This document shows positions 9,084-16,812 of a DNA stretch of 37,193 bases, piece after piece (position 1 is the first letter of the stretch; each line of letters opens with the position of its first letter). This stretch comes from Deltaproteobacteria bacterium (lineage in GTDB: Bacteria; Desulfobacterota; Binatia; UBA12015). The notes beneath the pieces are model-generated. The model did not search any database and was not told the DNA's origin. It was given only the letters and a program-made list of their open reading frames with translations. The translations under genes and the position numbers were made by a program. Location of the stretch: positions 1-37,193 of the forward strand of contig JAYGCM010000086.1 of NCBI GenBank assembly GCA_046583355.1, written 5' to 3'.

Positions 9084-9986
9084 ATGATGAAGACGCGGTT
9101 GGCATGGGTATTGGTGCTGCTGAGCTTCGGGGCTCTGGGTGCTTGTGGTGGTTCGGAGGCAGACACGCCGCCTTCGCTCAATGGTGTCACGTTTGGCAAC
9201 GAGACTTTTGTTGCGGTCGGCGTCGACGGTCGGATTCTGCGTTCGCCCGACGGCCGCTCCTGGACCGCGCAGGAGGCAGCGGAAGCGCTTCCTTCGCTTG
9301 CGGCGATCCGTTTCATCGGTGGCCGCTTCCTGGCGGTCGGAGCCTCGGGCACCACGGCTTCTTCGCTTGATGGCGAAAGTTGGGAGCCGGGCTCGGTGGG
9401 TGTCGAGGTCGGGCTTCTGGGGCTTGGCGCCGGAGATCCGGGTACCGTCATCGTGGGCGAGGCAGGCGCCGCCTTTTGGTCGGCCAGCGGTGGGAATTGG
9501 CAGGCTGTCGAGATCGATACGACGGAAAACCTCTTCGACGTCGCGTGGGGCGAGGGGCGCTTCGTTGCTGTCGGCGATGTTGGCGGAATTTTTGAATCTA
9601 CCGATGGGCGGAACTGGACGGCTGTGGAATCGCCGGCCGAGGCACCGCTTTTTACCATCGCTTACGGCAATGGGATTTTCCTTGGTGGTGGGCAGGCGGG
9701 CAACCTGGTGCGCTATACGGACATTGGGGGCTGGGAGACCGTGTCCCTTTTCTCGGTTCAGCCGGTAATCGCGATCACCTGGGGCCGCGGGATTTTCGTG
9801 ATTGTGGGCGGCAGCGGGACTGTCTACACGACACCCGATACCGCGCTGATCTCGCCGGCAGGTGTGCCGAGCACGGTGAGTTTGCAAGGGGTTGTGGCGG
9901 GCGGCGATTCTTTCGTGGCGGTTGGTCAGGACGGCGCGATCTTCAGTTCGCTTGACGGCGTGGCCTGGCGCGATTTTACGCCTTAG
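9084..9986 (+). CDS. Lipoprotein with BNR/Ycf48-like beta-propeller repeats
   Basis: Lipobox LGAC; repeated 'V.FG...FVAVG..G.I..S.DG..W' units. Confidence 0.85.
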   Translation: MMKTRLAWVLVLLSFGALGACGGSEADTPPSLNGVTFGNETFVAVGVDGRILRSPDGRSWTAQEAAEALPSLAAIRFIGGRFLAVGASGTTASSLDGESWEPGSVGVEVGLLGLGAGDPGTVIVGEAGAAFWSASGGNWQAVEIDTTENLFDVAWGEGRFVAVGDVGGIFESTDGRNWTAVESPAEAPLFTIAYGNGIFLGGGQAGNLVRYTDIGGWETVSLFSVQPVIAITWGRGIFVIVGGSGTVYTTPDTALISPAGVPSTVSLQGVVAGGDSFVAVGQDGAIFSSLDGVAWRDFTP

Positions 9987-9997
9987 CCCGCGCCCAC

Positions 9998-10020
9998 CCT
10001 GCTCTTCGGCCGGGCTTCTC
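9998..10020 (-). repeat. Dispersed repeat family B copy between convergent genes
   Basis: Minus strand reads GAGAAGCCCGGCCGAAGAGCAGG, just after the TAA at 10023. Confidence 0.6.
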
Positions 10021-10022
10021 GT

Positions 10023-12287
10023 TTATTCGATGCGGACGATACACCCGGCTGCGGCGGCCGTTCCCGTCGCGTCTGCGGCGTCAAGCGTGCAGTGGAAGGA
10101 AGCGGCGTTGGGCGTTGGGCTTTCGCAATCGAATTCGATGGTCGCCACCGCCGAGCCTGCACGACTCGTGGTGGCCGCGAAGCCGAGTAGGAGTTTTCCG
10201 GCGCTTTTGCGGAAGCCTGTCAGCGTTGGCAGAGGCGACGCTCCGAAGTCGATTCGTGCCGCGACCGCGCTCTCGCCTGCCGACCACGGCAGGGAGACCG
10301 AAGCGGGGTAGTCCAACTCGGCGATCACGCCAGCGAGCCCACTCGTGTCCGCCTCGAGATGCACCCGCAAGGTGCTGCAGGCAGCAGGTGTTGGTGTTGC
10401 GGTGGGGGCCGGTGTGGGAGTCGGTGCGCTTGCGGGTATGAAGCCCACCACACCGAAGCTCTGGGCGGCCTCCTGCCACTGGATCCGGACGGAGTCGCCG
10501 AGCTGTGGAAAATTCTCCAGGTCATAAACCCCGGACGCGCCGTGCAGGAAGGACTCGCCGAGAGTGGCCACTGCGAAATTGACGCTGGCAAAGGCCAGGC
10601 CGTCATCAAAGAGCGTAAGGCTATGTGGGCCGTCGCCCAGTAGAGCGTAATTCCATTGCAGTGCAAAGGCATTATTGAGGTCGCCGCAGATGCTTTCAGT
10701 GTCGGCGCGTGGTGTGCCGTAGGCGAGCGGTAGAGCCGGCTGCCCGTCAAAGGAGGCCGTGATGCTGCCGGCCTCACAGCGCCATCCCGAGACGGTGCCG
10801 ATGCCACTCATGGTGGAGCCGGGTTGGGGAATCTCGAGGCTTCCGGCGCTCGTGGGGCGCACTCGCCCTGCGCGGCGTTCCGCTGCGGTCGCCGCCGCGC
10901 GGGGCGCGCGGCCGACGATGCCGAAGGATTGCGCGGCGGTCTGCCAGCGCAGCCGCAGTTCAGCTCCGGGTTCAGGGAAACCGGTCAGAGTATGCTCCCA
11001 TTGCCCCATGATGTCCGCGGCGGGCAGGAAGCTCTGGCCGAGGCGTTGGACGACGAACCCGGCCGAGGCGAACTCGACGCCGTCATCGTAGAGCCGGATG
11101 GTATGCAGGCCGTCGTCGAGGTTGGCGTAATTCCACTGCATGACGAAGGCATTATTGATGTCGCCGCAACTGTCGTAGGTGTCGGCGCGGGGCGTTCCGT
11201 AGGCGAGTTCGAGGGCCTCGCCGCAGTCGAAGCGGGCCGTCAGCCGGCCGGCCTCGCACCGCCAGCCCGAGACGATGCCGATGCCGCTTTGGATCGTGCC
11301 TGCGGCCGGAATCTCCAATGTGAACGCGCTCGCGCTGGCTCGCGTGACGGCTTTGCGGCGGCTTTGGCCGAGGTCGCAATCGCCGGCGGCACACGGCGCT
11401 GTGCCGCCAAGCGCGCGGTCGAAGCAAAGCCAGGCGTCGTTGGTGTCGAGGTCGCCGTCGGCGTCGGTGTCGCCACAATGGCTGGCGGAGCACGGCGCCG
11501 GTCCGCAGATGGCTGCCGTATTCAGCCCCGCCGCCGCGCGCAGGAGCGTGACGAGATCGTCTGCTCCAAGGTGCCCGTCAAAGACGGTATCGCAACAGGC
11601 GCCGCAGGTCTCGGCCGAGTTCACGGCGAGGATGGCGTCGAGGTCAAATCCGCTCTGGCCGCGTCCGTGGATCGGGAAATGGTTGCCCTCGTCGTCTATG
11701 ATCGTATCGGCATCGACGATGCGTATGAAGCGCGCCTCGGTGAGTCCGATGGTCGCGAGGTCGAAGGCATCACCGCCGGCTGCGGCGTAGCGCGGGTCGA
11801 TTCCGTTGTCGGGGTGGGTGAGTACGGGTGTCTGGCCGGCCAGACCAATGAAGGTTGCACTATCGACCGGGAAGCGGTGGAAGGTGATGCCGTCGGCGCT
11901 GGCTTCCACGAAACCGAGTTCGCGGAAGATATTGGTCGGGCCGGTACGGAAGGCGTTCTCAAAGACGCGGAAATCGGCACCAGGACCATCGACGATGAGA
12001 TTGTCGAGAAAGCCGAGGGTGATCTGGCCGCCGTCGCCCAGGGAGAGGACATCCAAGGATTGCGAGGTTGCGCCGGCGCCTCTCGGCAATCCGAGGACCA
12101 CACCGGGAAGGGGACGGTCGGGGAGGTGGTAGCCGCCGTCGGCGCCCAAGGCGAGGGAGGTGATCTCGTCGGCGCAGGGGTCGGCCGCGACCGGCAGAGG
12201 GGTTGCTATCAGAAGGAGCAAAAAGGCACCGCGCAGGATCGCGCGGCGCCTTCTCGCGAAGGAAGGGTATTGGATCATTTGTCGCAT
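10023..12287 (-). CDS. Secreted modular protein: putative B12-binding/cell-surface domain, dockerin-like module, two Ig-like repeats, PT linker and cohesin-like domain
   Basis: Signal peptide; LSLGDGGQITLGF..N.IVDGPGADFRVFENAF...GGDAFDL...SGFDLDAI; paired CDTVFDGHLGADDLVTLLRAAAG / GDTDADGDLDTNDAWLCFDRALG; duplicated LEIP..G..SGIG.VSGWRCEAG domain; PTPTPAPTATPTP. Starts 3 bp after the upstream gene. The ORF is solid; domain names are inferred. Confidence 0.75.
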   Translation of the reverse strand: MRQMIQYPSFARRRRAILRGAFLLLLIATPLPVAADPCADEITSLALGADGGYHLPDRPLPGVVLGLPRGAGATSQSLDVLSLGDGGQITLGFLDNLIVDGPGADFRVFENAFRTGPTNIFRELGFVEASADGITFHRFPVDSATFIGLAGQTPVLTHPDNGIDPRYAAAGGDAFDLATIGLTEARFIRIVDADTIIDDEGNHFPIHGRGQSGFDLDAILAVNSAETCGACCDTVFDGHLGADDLVTLLRAAAGLNTAAICGPAPCSASHCGDTDADGDLDTNDAWLCFDRALGGTAPCAAGDCDLGQSRRKAVTRASASAFTLEIPAAGTIQSGIGIVSGWRCEAGRLTARFDCGEALELAYGTPRADTYDSCGDINNAFVMQWNYANLDDGLHTIRLYDDGVEFASAGFVVQRLGQSFLPAADIMGQWEHTLTGFPEPGAELRLRWQTAAQSFGIVGRAPRAAATAAERRAGRVRPTSAGSLEIPQPGSTMSGIGTVSGWRCEAGSITASFDGQPALPLAYGTPRADTESICGDLNNAFALQWNYALLGDGPHSLTLFDDGLAFASVNFAVATLGESFLHGASGVYDLENFPQLGDSVRIQWQEAAQSFGVVGFIPASAPTPTPAPTATPTPAACSTLRVHLEADTSGLAGVIAELDYPASVSLPWSAGESAVAARIDFGASPLPTLTGFRKSAGKLLLGFAATTSRAGSAVATIEFDCESPTPNAASFHCTLDAADATGTAAAAGCIVRIE

Positions 12288-12290
12288 CGG

Positions 12291-13670
12291 CTACCGGCAG
12301 AAGAGCTTGAGGCTGTCGCGGTCGACCGTCTTGCCGCCGTTTTTGGCCTTGATCTTCAGCACCACTTTCTTGTTCTGCGCCACCTCGACGGCGAGGCTCT
12401 CCGAGCAGGTCGCCTCGCTCTGGCCGGTGATGGCATCGAGTAGAACCTGGAAGGCCGGGAAGGCTCCGCCTGCGGCGACCTTGGGTGCGCGCTTGACCAC
12501 AAAAGAGGTCACCTCGGTCGCGTTGCATGCATCGACCGAAGGGTCGACGAGGTGGGTGCAGGCGCCAACCAGGAAGGTGCAAATGCCGTCGGCCTTGCCG
12601 TCACGGTCGCAACTCGTATCGCCGTCCATGCACTCCCAGCGGCTGCGGCCCTTGCCACTGCGGCTGCGGCTTTCGACGCCGCCGAAGAAGGCCGCATTGC
12701 AATCTTTTCGTCCGCGGCCCAATCCGGTCATATTCGCAACGGGTGTGAGCGTCGTGACCGCTGTGCAGGCCGTGGGGTAGCAGGAGTCGAGTACACCGAT
12801 CCGGCCCGAGGGGCCGTCGATGCCGATTCCGGCCGAGAATGCCCAGCCGCTTCCGATCTGCGTCGGGGTGGCATTGCTTGCCAGCGAGACAAGTACGGAA
12901 CTCGACCAATCCGGCGCGAAGGAGCCCGTGACGAGTAGGTTGCCGTTTTGATCGAGCGCCTGGTCGAAGGCACCGCCGGGAATGGCGAAGGTTCCCTGGT
13001 GAACACCGGTGGCCGAATATTCTTCGATCGATCCGACATAGGTCGTGCCATCCACATCGCCGACCAAGAGGGAGCCGTCGCTGCGCACCGAAATGCCAGC
13101 TGCGTAGTCCAGTCCGGAAAATAGCTCGCTTGACGTGCCGGCCGAAAGGTCGACCGAAATCACGCCCCCCGCGCCGCTACCGGCGGCGTTGGTCACCAGC
13201 AGAGTATTGGCATCGGCCAGGACCAATTGGGCGGCCGCGGCGATCGTGCCGGCGGGAAGGATTTCAAGGCCAAGCGCCGTCGTTCCGGTGGCCGAGAGGG
13301 CATCTATCAGCTCAAAGACGGTATCCCCGGTTGCGGCGCCGGTGGCGTCTCCGGCGTTGTCGGTGAAGAAGAGGCTGCCGCTGGCGGCGTCAAAGATGAT
13401 GCCGCCGATTGAGTTCAGGCCCGTGACGACGGTCGTGGAGGTTCCGTCGGTGGCGATGCGCAAAATGGACTGAGCACCGGCACCGAACGAGCCGGTGCCG
13501 ACAAAGATGCTGGTGCCGCCGAAGGCGATATCGCCCTGTACGGCACCGCCAATTTCCGTCGAGCCGGCCACGAAGGCGGCGCTATCGGATGGTGCGGCGA
13601 GGGCCGGGTGGGCCGAAAAGAGAAGACTGGTGGCCAGGGCCAGAGCGGAGATGGTTCGTGACTTTCGCAT
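12291..13670 (-). CDS. Secreted probable beta-propeller protein with Cys-rich basic C-terminal domain; first gene under the cobalamin riboswitch
   Basis: AAGGAG RBS and signal peptide (PALA-A); repeats of about 40-45 aa (GL..I.GI.FD...GSLFFTD; GLDYAAGISVRSDGSLLVGD; DQALDQNGNLLVTG); C-terminal CMDGDTSCDRDGKADGICTF...LKLFCR. Confidence 0.75.
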   Translation of the reverse strand: MRKSRTISALALATSLLFSAHPALAAPSDSAAFVAGSTEIGGAVQGDIAFGGTSIFVGTGSFGAGAQSILRIATDGTSTTVVTGLNSIGGIIFDAASGSLFFTDNAGDATGAATGDTVFELIDALSATGTTALGLEILPAGTIAAAAQLVLADANTLLVTNAAGSGAGGVISVDLSAGTSSELFSGLDYAAGISVRSDGSLLVGDVDGTTYVGSIEEYSATGVHQGTFAIPGGAFDQALDQNGNLLVTGSFAPDWSSSVLVSLASNATPTQIGSGWAFSAGIGIDGPSGRIGVLDSCYPTACTAVTTLTPVANMTGLGRGRKDCNAAFFGGVESRSRSGKGRSRWECMDGDTSCDRDGKADGICTFLVGACTHLVDPSVDACNATEVTSFVVKRAPKVAAGGAFPAFQVLLDAITGQSEATCSESLAVEVAQNKKVVLKIKAKNGGKTVDRDSLKLFCR

Positions 13671-13816
13671 GAGGGGGAGCTCCTTTTATGCTGCATCCCG
13701 CAGCATTGTTGGAGATTCCACGAAGGTCGGCTTCGATTCGGGGAAATGGCAGGCCTTGCGGGCCTTCCCGTCGGCGAAGATCCCGGACTCCCGTGAGATC
13801 TCAGTTCAAGAAATTT

Positions 13817-13963
13817 CCCGGCGGCCAGGTTTCCTGACTCATCGGCTACCTACTCACGTCACCTTCCCACTCCGAAGAGCAGTGGTATCTCGACGTTTTC
13901 GTTCCGATTTACAGTGGCGGGAGCCGCGCCGGATTTTCACCAGCTTCCCTTCGAACCACCGGG
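13817..13963 (-). ncRNA. Cobalamin (B12) riboswitch
   Basis: Minus strand: CCCGGTGGTTcgAAGGGAAgctGGTGaaAATCCggcGCGGCtcCCGCCACTGT...CCACTG..TGGGAAGG...GAGTCAGGAAACCTGGCCGCCGGG. All hallmark boxes are present and the two ends pair (P1). Confidence 0.96.
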
Positions 13964-14008
13964 TTCAGCCTCTCTGAGTAGCAGAGCCGCGTGGCCCGGC
14001 AATGTCGA

Positions 14009-15991
14009 TTATTCCGCCCGCCCGGCAAAATGAATCGCGGAGGTCACGGCGCGCTCCTGGATATGGCGTGGGTAGGTGGCGTTGCAGCAGTCGGCAAACC
14101 CCTCTCCGATTGTGGCGGGATTGGCGCAATCCACGCCGGCGGCCAGGCAGAGGTAGCTCTGCCAGCGGCAGACCGGGTTCTCGACCACACGCGCGTACCA
14201 GAAGGCCGGTTGGTCCGGATCGAATTCGGGATCGACAAATACCGTGCAGAGATGGTCGGCGCCGGGGCCGCGGGGCGCACAGGTGCGCGGGTCGACGCTG
14301 GCCTGGCCGATGGTCTCGCCGGCCACGTCGTAGACCTTCTCGTGCGTCAGGCCATCTTTGTCAAGCCATCCTTTGATGATCTGGATGCGTTCGAGGGAGG
14401 TGGCGAGCCCGCCGGCGTCGCGCAAGGCGGAGACGGCAAAGCGCGGCGCCTTTGTGCCGCGTGCGGCTCCCAGGTGTCCGCCCATCGGCACGCCGCCGGC
14501 ATAGCTGCGCTCAACAAAATTCGGGCTGGTGCAGAGATCCGCCGGCAGATCCCAGCCGCCGAAGAAGCGCACGCTCATGCGTGGGCCGGTGGTGGAATAA
14601 GTCTCGCGCCGCTGCATCGCGGCAAAGAGCGCGTCGCGGGAGTTCTCCTCGGCCCAGAGCACAGCAAGTCCGCCGGGGTTGAATTCGATATCGTCGGGCA
14701 GGCCGACGGGCATGGTTACCGAGGAGGGGACACCGGCGCCGCCGTGGCCAGGGTATTTTGTCTCATCGACCGCACCCGGCGTGCCGAGGTGTGTATCGGT
14801 GCTGCTGATCACGCCGAGTCGGAAGGGGTTGGTGCCCAGCATGCGGCCCAAGGCGAGGCCTTGGCGCAGCGCGTTGCGGACAAAACTGCCCTCGCTCGGC
14901 TCGACATTCTGGAAGCTGGCGAATTTGCCACCGAAATTGCCGTAGGGCAGTAGCTCGAAGCCACAGAGTTCGTCGCTCGTACCGATGCCAAGGCGGCATT
15001 CGGAGTCGCCTTTATGCTGGCTCAGTTCCGCCAGCGGTTCGATCTCGGCGCGGCGGCGCGCGTACTCGGCGGTAAAGGGAGTTCCGTCTTCCTCGGTCGG
15101 CGCGAACATCAGGCCGCCGCTGAGGTTGGAATTATGGGGGATCACCAGGGCCTGGCAGCTGCCGTCGCGGTCTTCGCAATCTTCGGCGAGTGTGCGCCAG
15201 AGGCCGCTGACGTTGCCTGTCGTGCGCGCGCTTGCGGGCGTCGTGAGGGCCTCGGCGTTGCGGAAGATCACATTGCGGTGGAGGTTGTTGGTATCGGGCG
15301 CGCCGGTCCATTCGTAAGCGACAAAGCTCGTGAAGTCGCATTGCGCGCTGCGGTCGTAGGCTTCCTCGGCGGCGGCTTGAGTCTCGGCCCAAGGGCCGCG
15401 TGCTGCCTCGCGACAGAGTTCGTTATTCTCGCCGCAGAAGGCAAAATCATGATTGTCTGCCATTACGCCGTTGATCAGAAAGAAGGCCAGACGCGGCCAG
15501 CGCCGGTAGATCCGGCAGAGGATGGCGTCGTAGCCTTCGGCGCCCTCGGTGCGGCAGATATGAAGCTCGCCGAAGAGTTCGGCGTGGTCGGTTACTGCGG
15601 TAAAATCGAGCGGCCGCGCCAATTGCACCTGGCGCTGCGCGCGGTCGTTCGCATAGGGCTGGATGCCGAGCTTCTCGCCACGGGCAAAACGGTAGGCATC
15701 GGCCGGGCGGTTCCGCGTACCCTGCGTGGCGGCGTCGAGCGAGAGTGTGGTGTGGACATGCAGGTCGCCGAAGAAGGGCCGGCGTAGCGCGTCGAAATCC
15801 GCGCAAGGCGCTCGCGTCTCGGTGCGCTCGAAGGGCGTGGCGGCAAGAGTGGGAAGCGCGAGACCCGGCGCCAGCACTTCGATAGGCGCCTCCTCTGCTG
15901 CAGCGCTTGCCGCGCCGGGCACAAGTAGAAGCGCGCCGAGTAGAAAGCGGTGAGCGAAACGAAGGGCCACGAGTTTATGCCGAGGATTCAT
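14009..15991 (-). CDS. DUF3604 family secreted protein (PHP-like metallo-hydrolase)
   Basis: FFGDLHVHTTLSLDA, RPLDFTAVTDHAE, AYEWTG, NLHRNVIFR, IPHNSNLSGG, QHKGDSEC, STDTH, QERAVTSAI. True start is ATG 15991, in an ATGA overlap with the upstream gene. Confidence 0.9.
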   Translation of the reverse strand: MNPRHKLVALRFAHRFLLGALLLVPGAASAAAEEAPIEVLAPGLALPTLAATPFERTETRAPCADFDALRRPFFGDLHVHTTLSLDAATQGTRNRPADAYRFARGEKLGIQPYANDRAQRQVQLARPLDFTAVTDHAELFGELHICRTEGAEGYDAILCRIYRRWPRLAFFLINGVMADNHDFAFCGENNELCREAARGPWAETQAAAEEAYDRSAQCDFTSFVAYEWTGAPDTNNLHRNVIFRNAEALTTPASARTTGNVSGLWRTLAEDCEDRDGSCQALVIPHNSNLSGGLMFAPTEEDGTPFTAEYARRRAEIEPLAELSQHKGDSECRLGIGTSDELCGFELLPYGNFGGKFASFQNVEPSEGSFVRNALRQGLALGRMLGTNPFRLGVISSTDTHLGTPGAVDETKYPGHGGAGVPSSVTMPVGLPDDIEFNPGGLAVLWAEENSRDALFAAMQRRETYSTTGPRMSVRFFGGWDLPADLCTSPNFVERSYAGGVPMGGHLGAARGTKAPRFAVSALRDAGGLATSLERIQIIKGWLDKDGLTHEKVYDVAGETIGQASVDPRTCAPRGPGADHLCTVFVDPEFDPDQPAFWYARVVENPVCRWQSYLCLAAGVDCANPATIGEGFADCCNATYPRHIQERAVTSAIHFAGRAE

Positions 15992-16371
15992 TGGAAAAGC
16001 TCCACCAATGTGACCGCGCTGCCGTCGCGCACAAACGAGGTCGTATAGAGAGGCAGGAGAAGCCCCAGAGTAATCAGCGTGAGGCCGATGAGCCCCACGC
16101 ACTGGGCCCGACGGCCGGCGGGAAGGGCGTGGACAATGCGGCCGCTGGCGAAAAAGAGCAGGGCTGCCCAGACGATCAATTGGGGTATCAGCACTCCGGA
16201 GAGCGTGGTGGGAACCAGGCCCCCATCCTGCGCCAGAACGATCAACGTGACACCTGTGATCTCCGCCAGCCAGGCGATGGGGACCCAGCCGACCTGGAAG
16301 GCCCAGAAAGGAACCGGCACGACAAGCAGCAGCGAGAACCAAAGCGATCGGCGTGCCCAGATAGATGACAT
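15988..16371 (-). CDS. Hypothetical integral membrane protein, translationally coupled to the DUF3604 gene
   Basis: MSSIWARRSLWFSLLL...; 3-4 hydrophobic segments; stop overlaps the next ATG. Confidence 0.7.
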   Translation of the reverse strand: MSSIWARRSLWFSLLLVVPVPFWAFQVGWVPIAWLAEITGVTLIVLAQDGGLVPTTLSGVLIPQLIVWAALLFFASGRIVHALPAGRRAQCVGLIGLTLITLGLLLPLYTTSFVRDGSAVTLVELFQ

Positions 16372-16532
16372 GGCATGGTTCGCCCATGCACAGCCGTGTT
16401 CGTCAAGTTGGTGCCGCTTCCGCTGCACACTTCTGTCGAATGGTTCGATTTTGTTCCGTATAGCCGCGTGCCGGCCGGCGCTGCGAGAGGGAAAAGCCCG
16501 GAAAATATGAGGATTGGCCGGAAAATCGGCTT

Positions 16533-16548
16533 TGGCATGGATTCCGCT
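16533..16548 (+). promoter_or_regulatory. Putative sigma54 (-24/-12) promoter
   Basis: TGGCATGGATTCCGCT: GG and GC at the invariant spacing, 27 bp upstream of the small ORF. Confidence 0.6.
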
Positions 16549-16575
16549 CTAGTTCCGCTCCAGAGGGAATGAATC

Positions 16576-16743
16576 ATGAACAAGCTCAATGAAATCCGCC
16601 GTCCGAACACTGCCAATAAGGCCCCGCGCCGTCTGATCGCCGTTGGCCGCCGCGTCAAGGATGGCTGGCTGATCCGCACGGACCTGAACCGCTTCCAGGC
16701 CGCAAACGTCGAAGCTTCCAAGAACAATACCGCCGCAGCCTGA
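16576..16743 (+). CDS. Unannotated 55-aa basic small protein
   Basis: MNKLNEIRRPNTANKAPRRLIAVGRRVKDGWLIRTDLNRFQAANVEASKNNTAAA*. AGAGGGA RBS 7 nt upstream, mostly C/G-ending codons, fills an otherwise empty intergenic gap. Below the ORF-track cutoff. Confidence 0.7.
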   Translation: MNKLNEIRRPNTANKAPRRLIAVGRRVKDGWLIRTDLNRFQAANVEASKNNTAAA

Positions 16744-16786
16744 TCGTGGCCGTACGCACCGCGACTCGAGCCGAGGTTGGCCCCGG

Positions 16787-16808
16787 AAGGCCCGGCCGAA
16801 AAGTCAGG
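16787..16808 (+). repeat. Dispersed repeat family B copy between convergent genes
   Basis: AAGGCCCGGCCGAAAAGTCAGG. Confidence 0.7.
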
Positions 16809-16812
16809 CTCG

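Noticed and set aside
10824..12443. 539-aa plus-strand ORF, and similar long ORFs at 1264-2622, 6186-7283, 8919-9887 and 31276-32850
   Set aside because: Antisense shadows of well-supported genes in high-GC DNA, with no recognisable motifs.
15992..16387. N-terminal extension of the 792-aa DUF3604 ORF
   Set aside because: It overlaps a membrane-protein gene in another frame. The signal peptide begins at ATG 15991.
16560..16810. tmRNA (ssrA), suggested by GCAAACGTCGAA...GCCGCAGCCTGA resembling a tag reading frame
   Set aside because: No tRNA-like 5' GGGG end, T-arm or 3' CCA end. The frame has its own RBS and ATG, so it is better read as a small protein.
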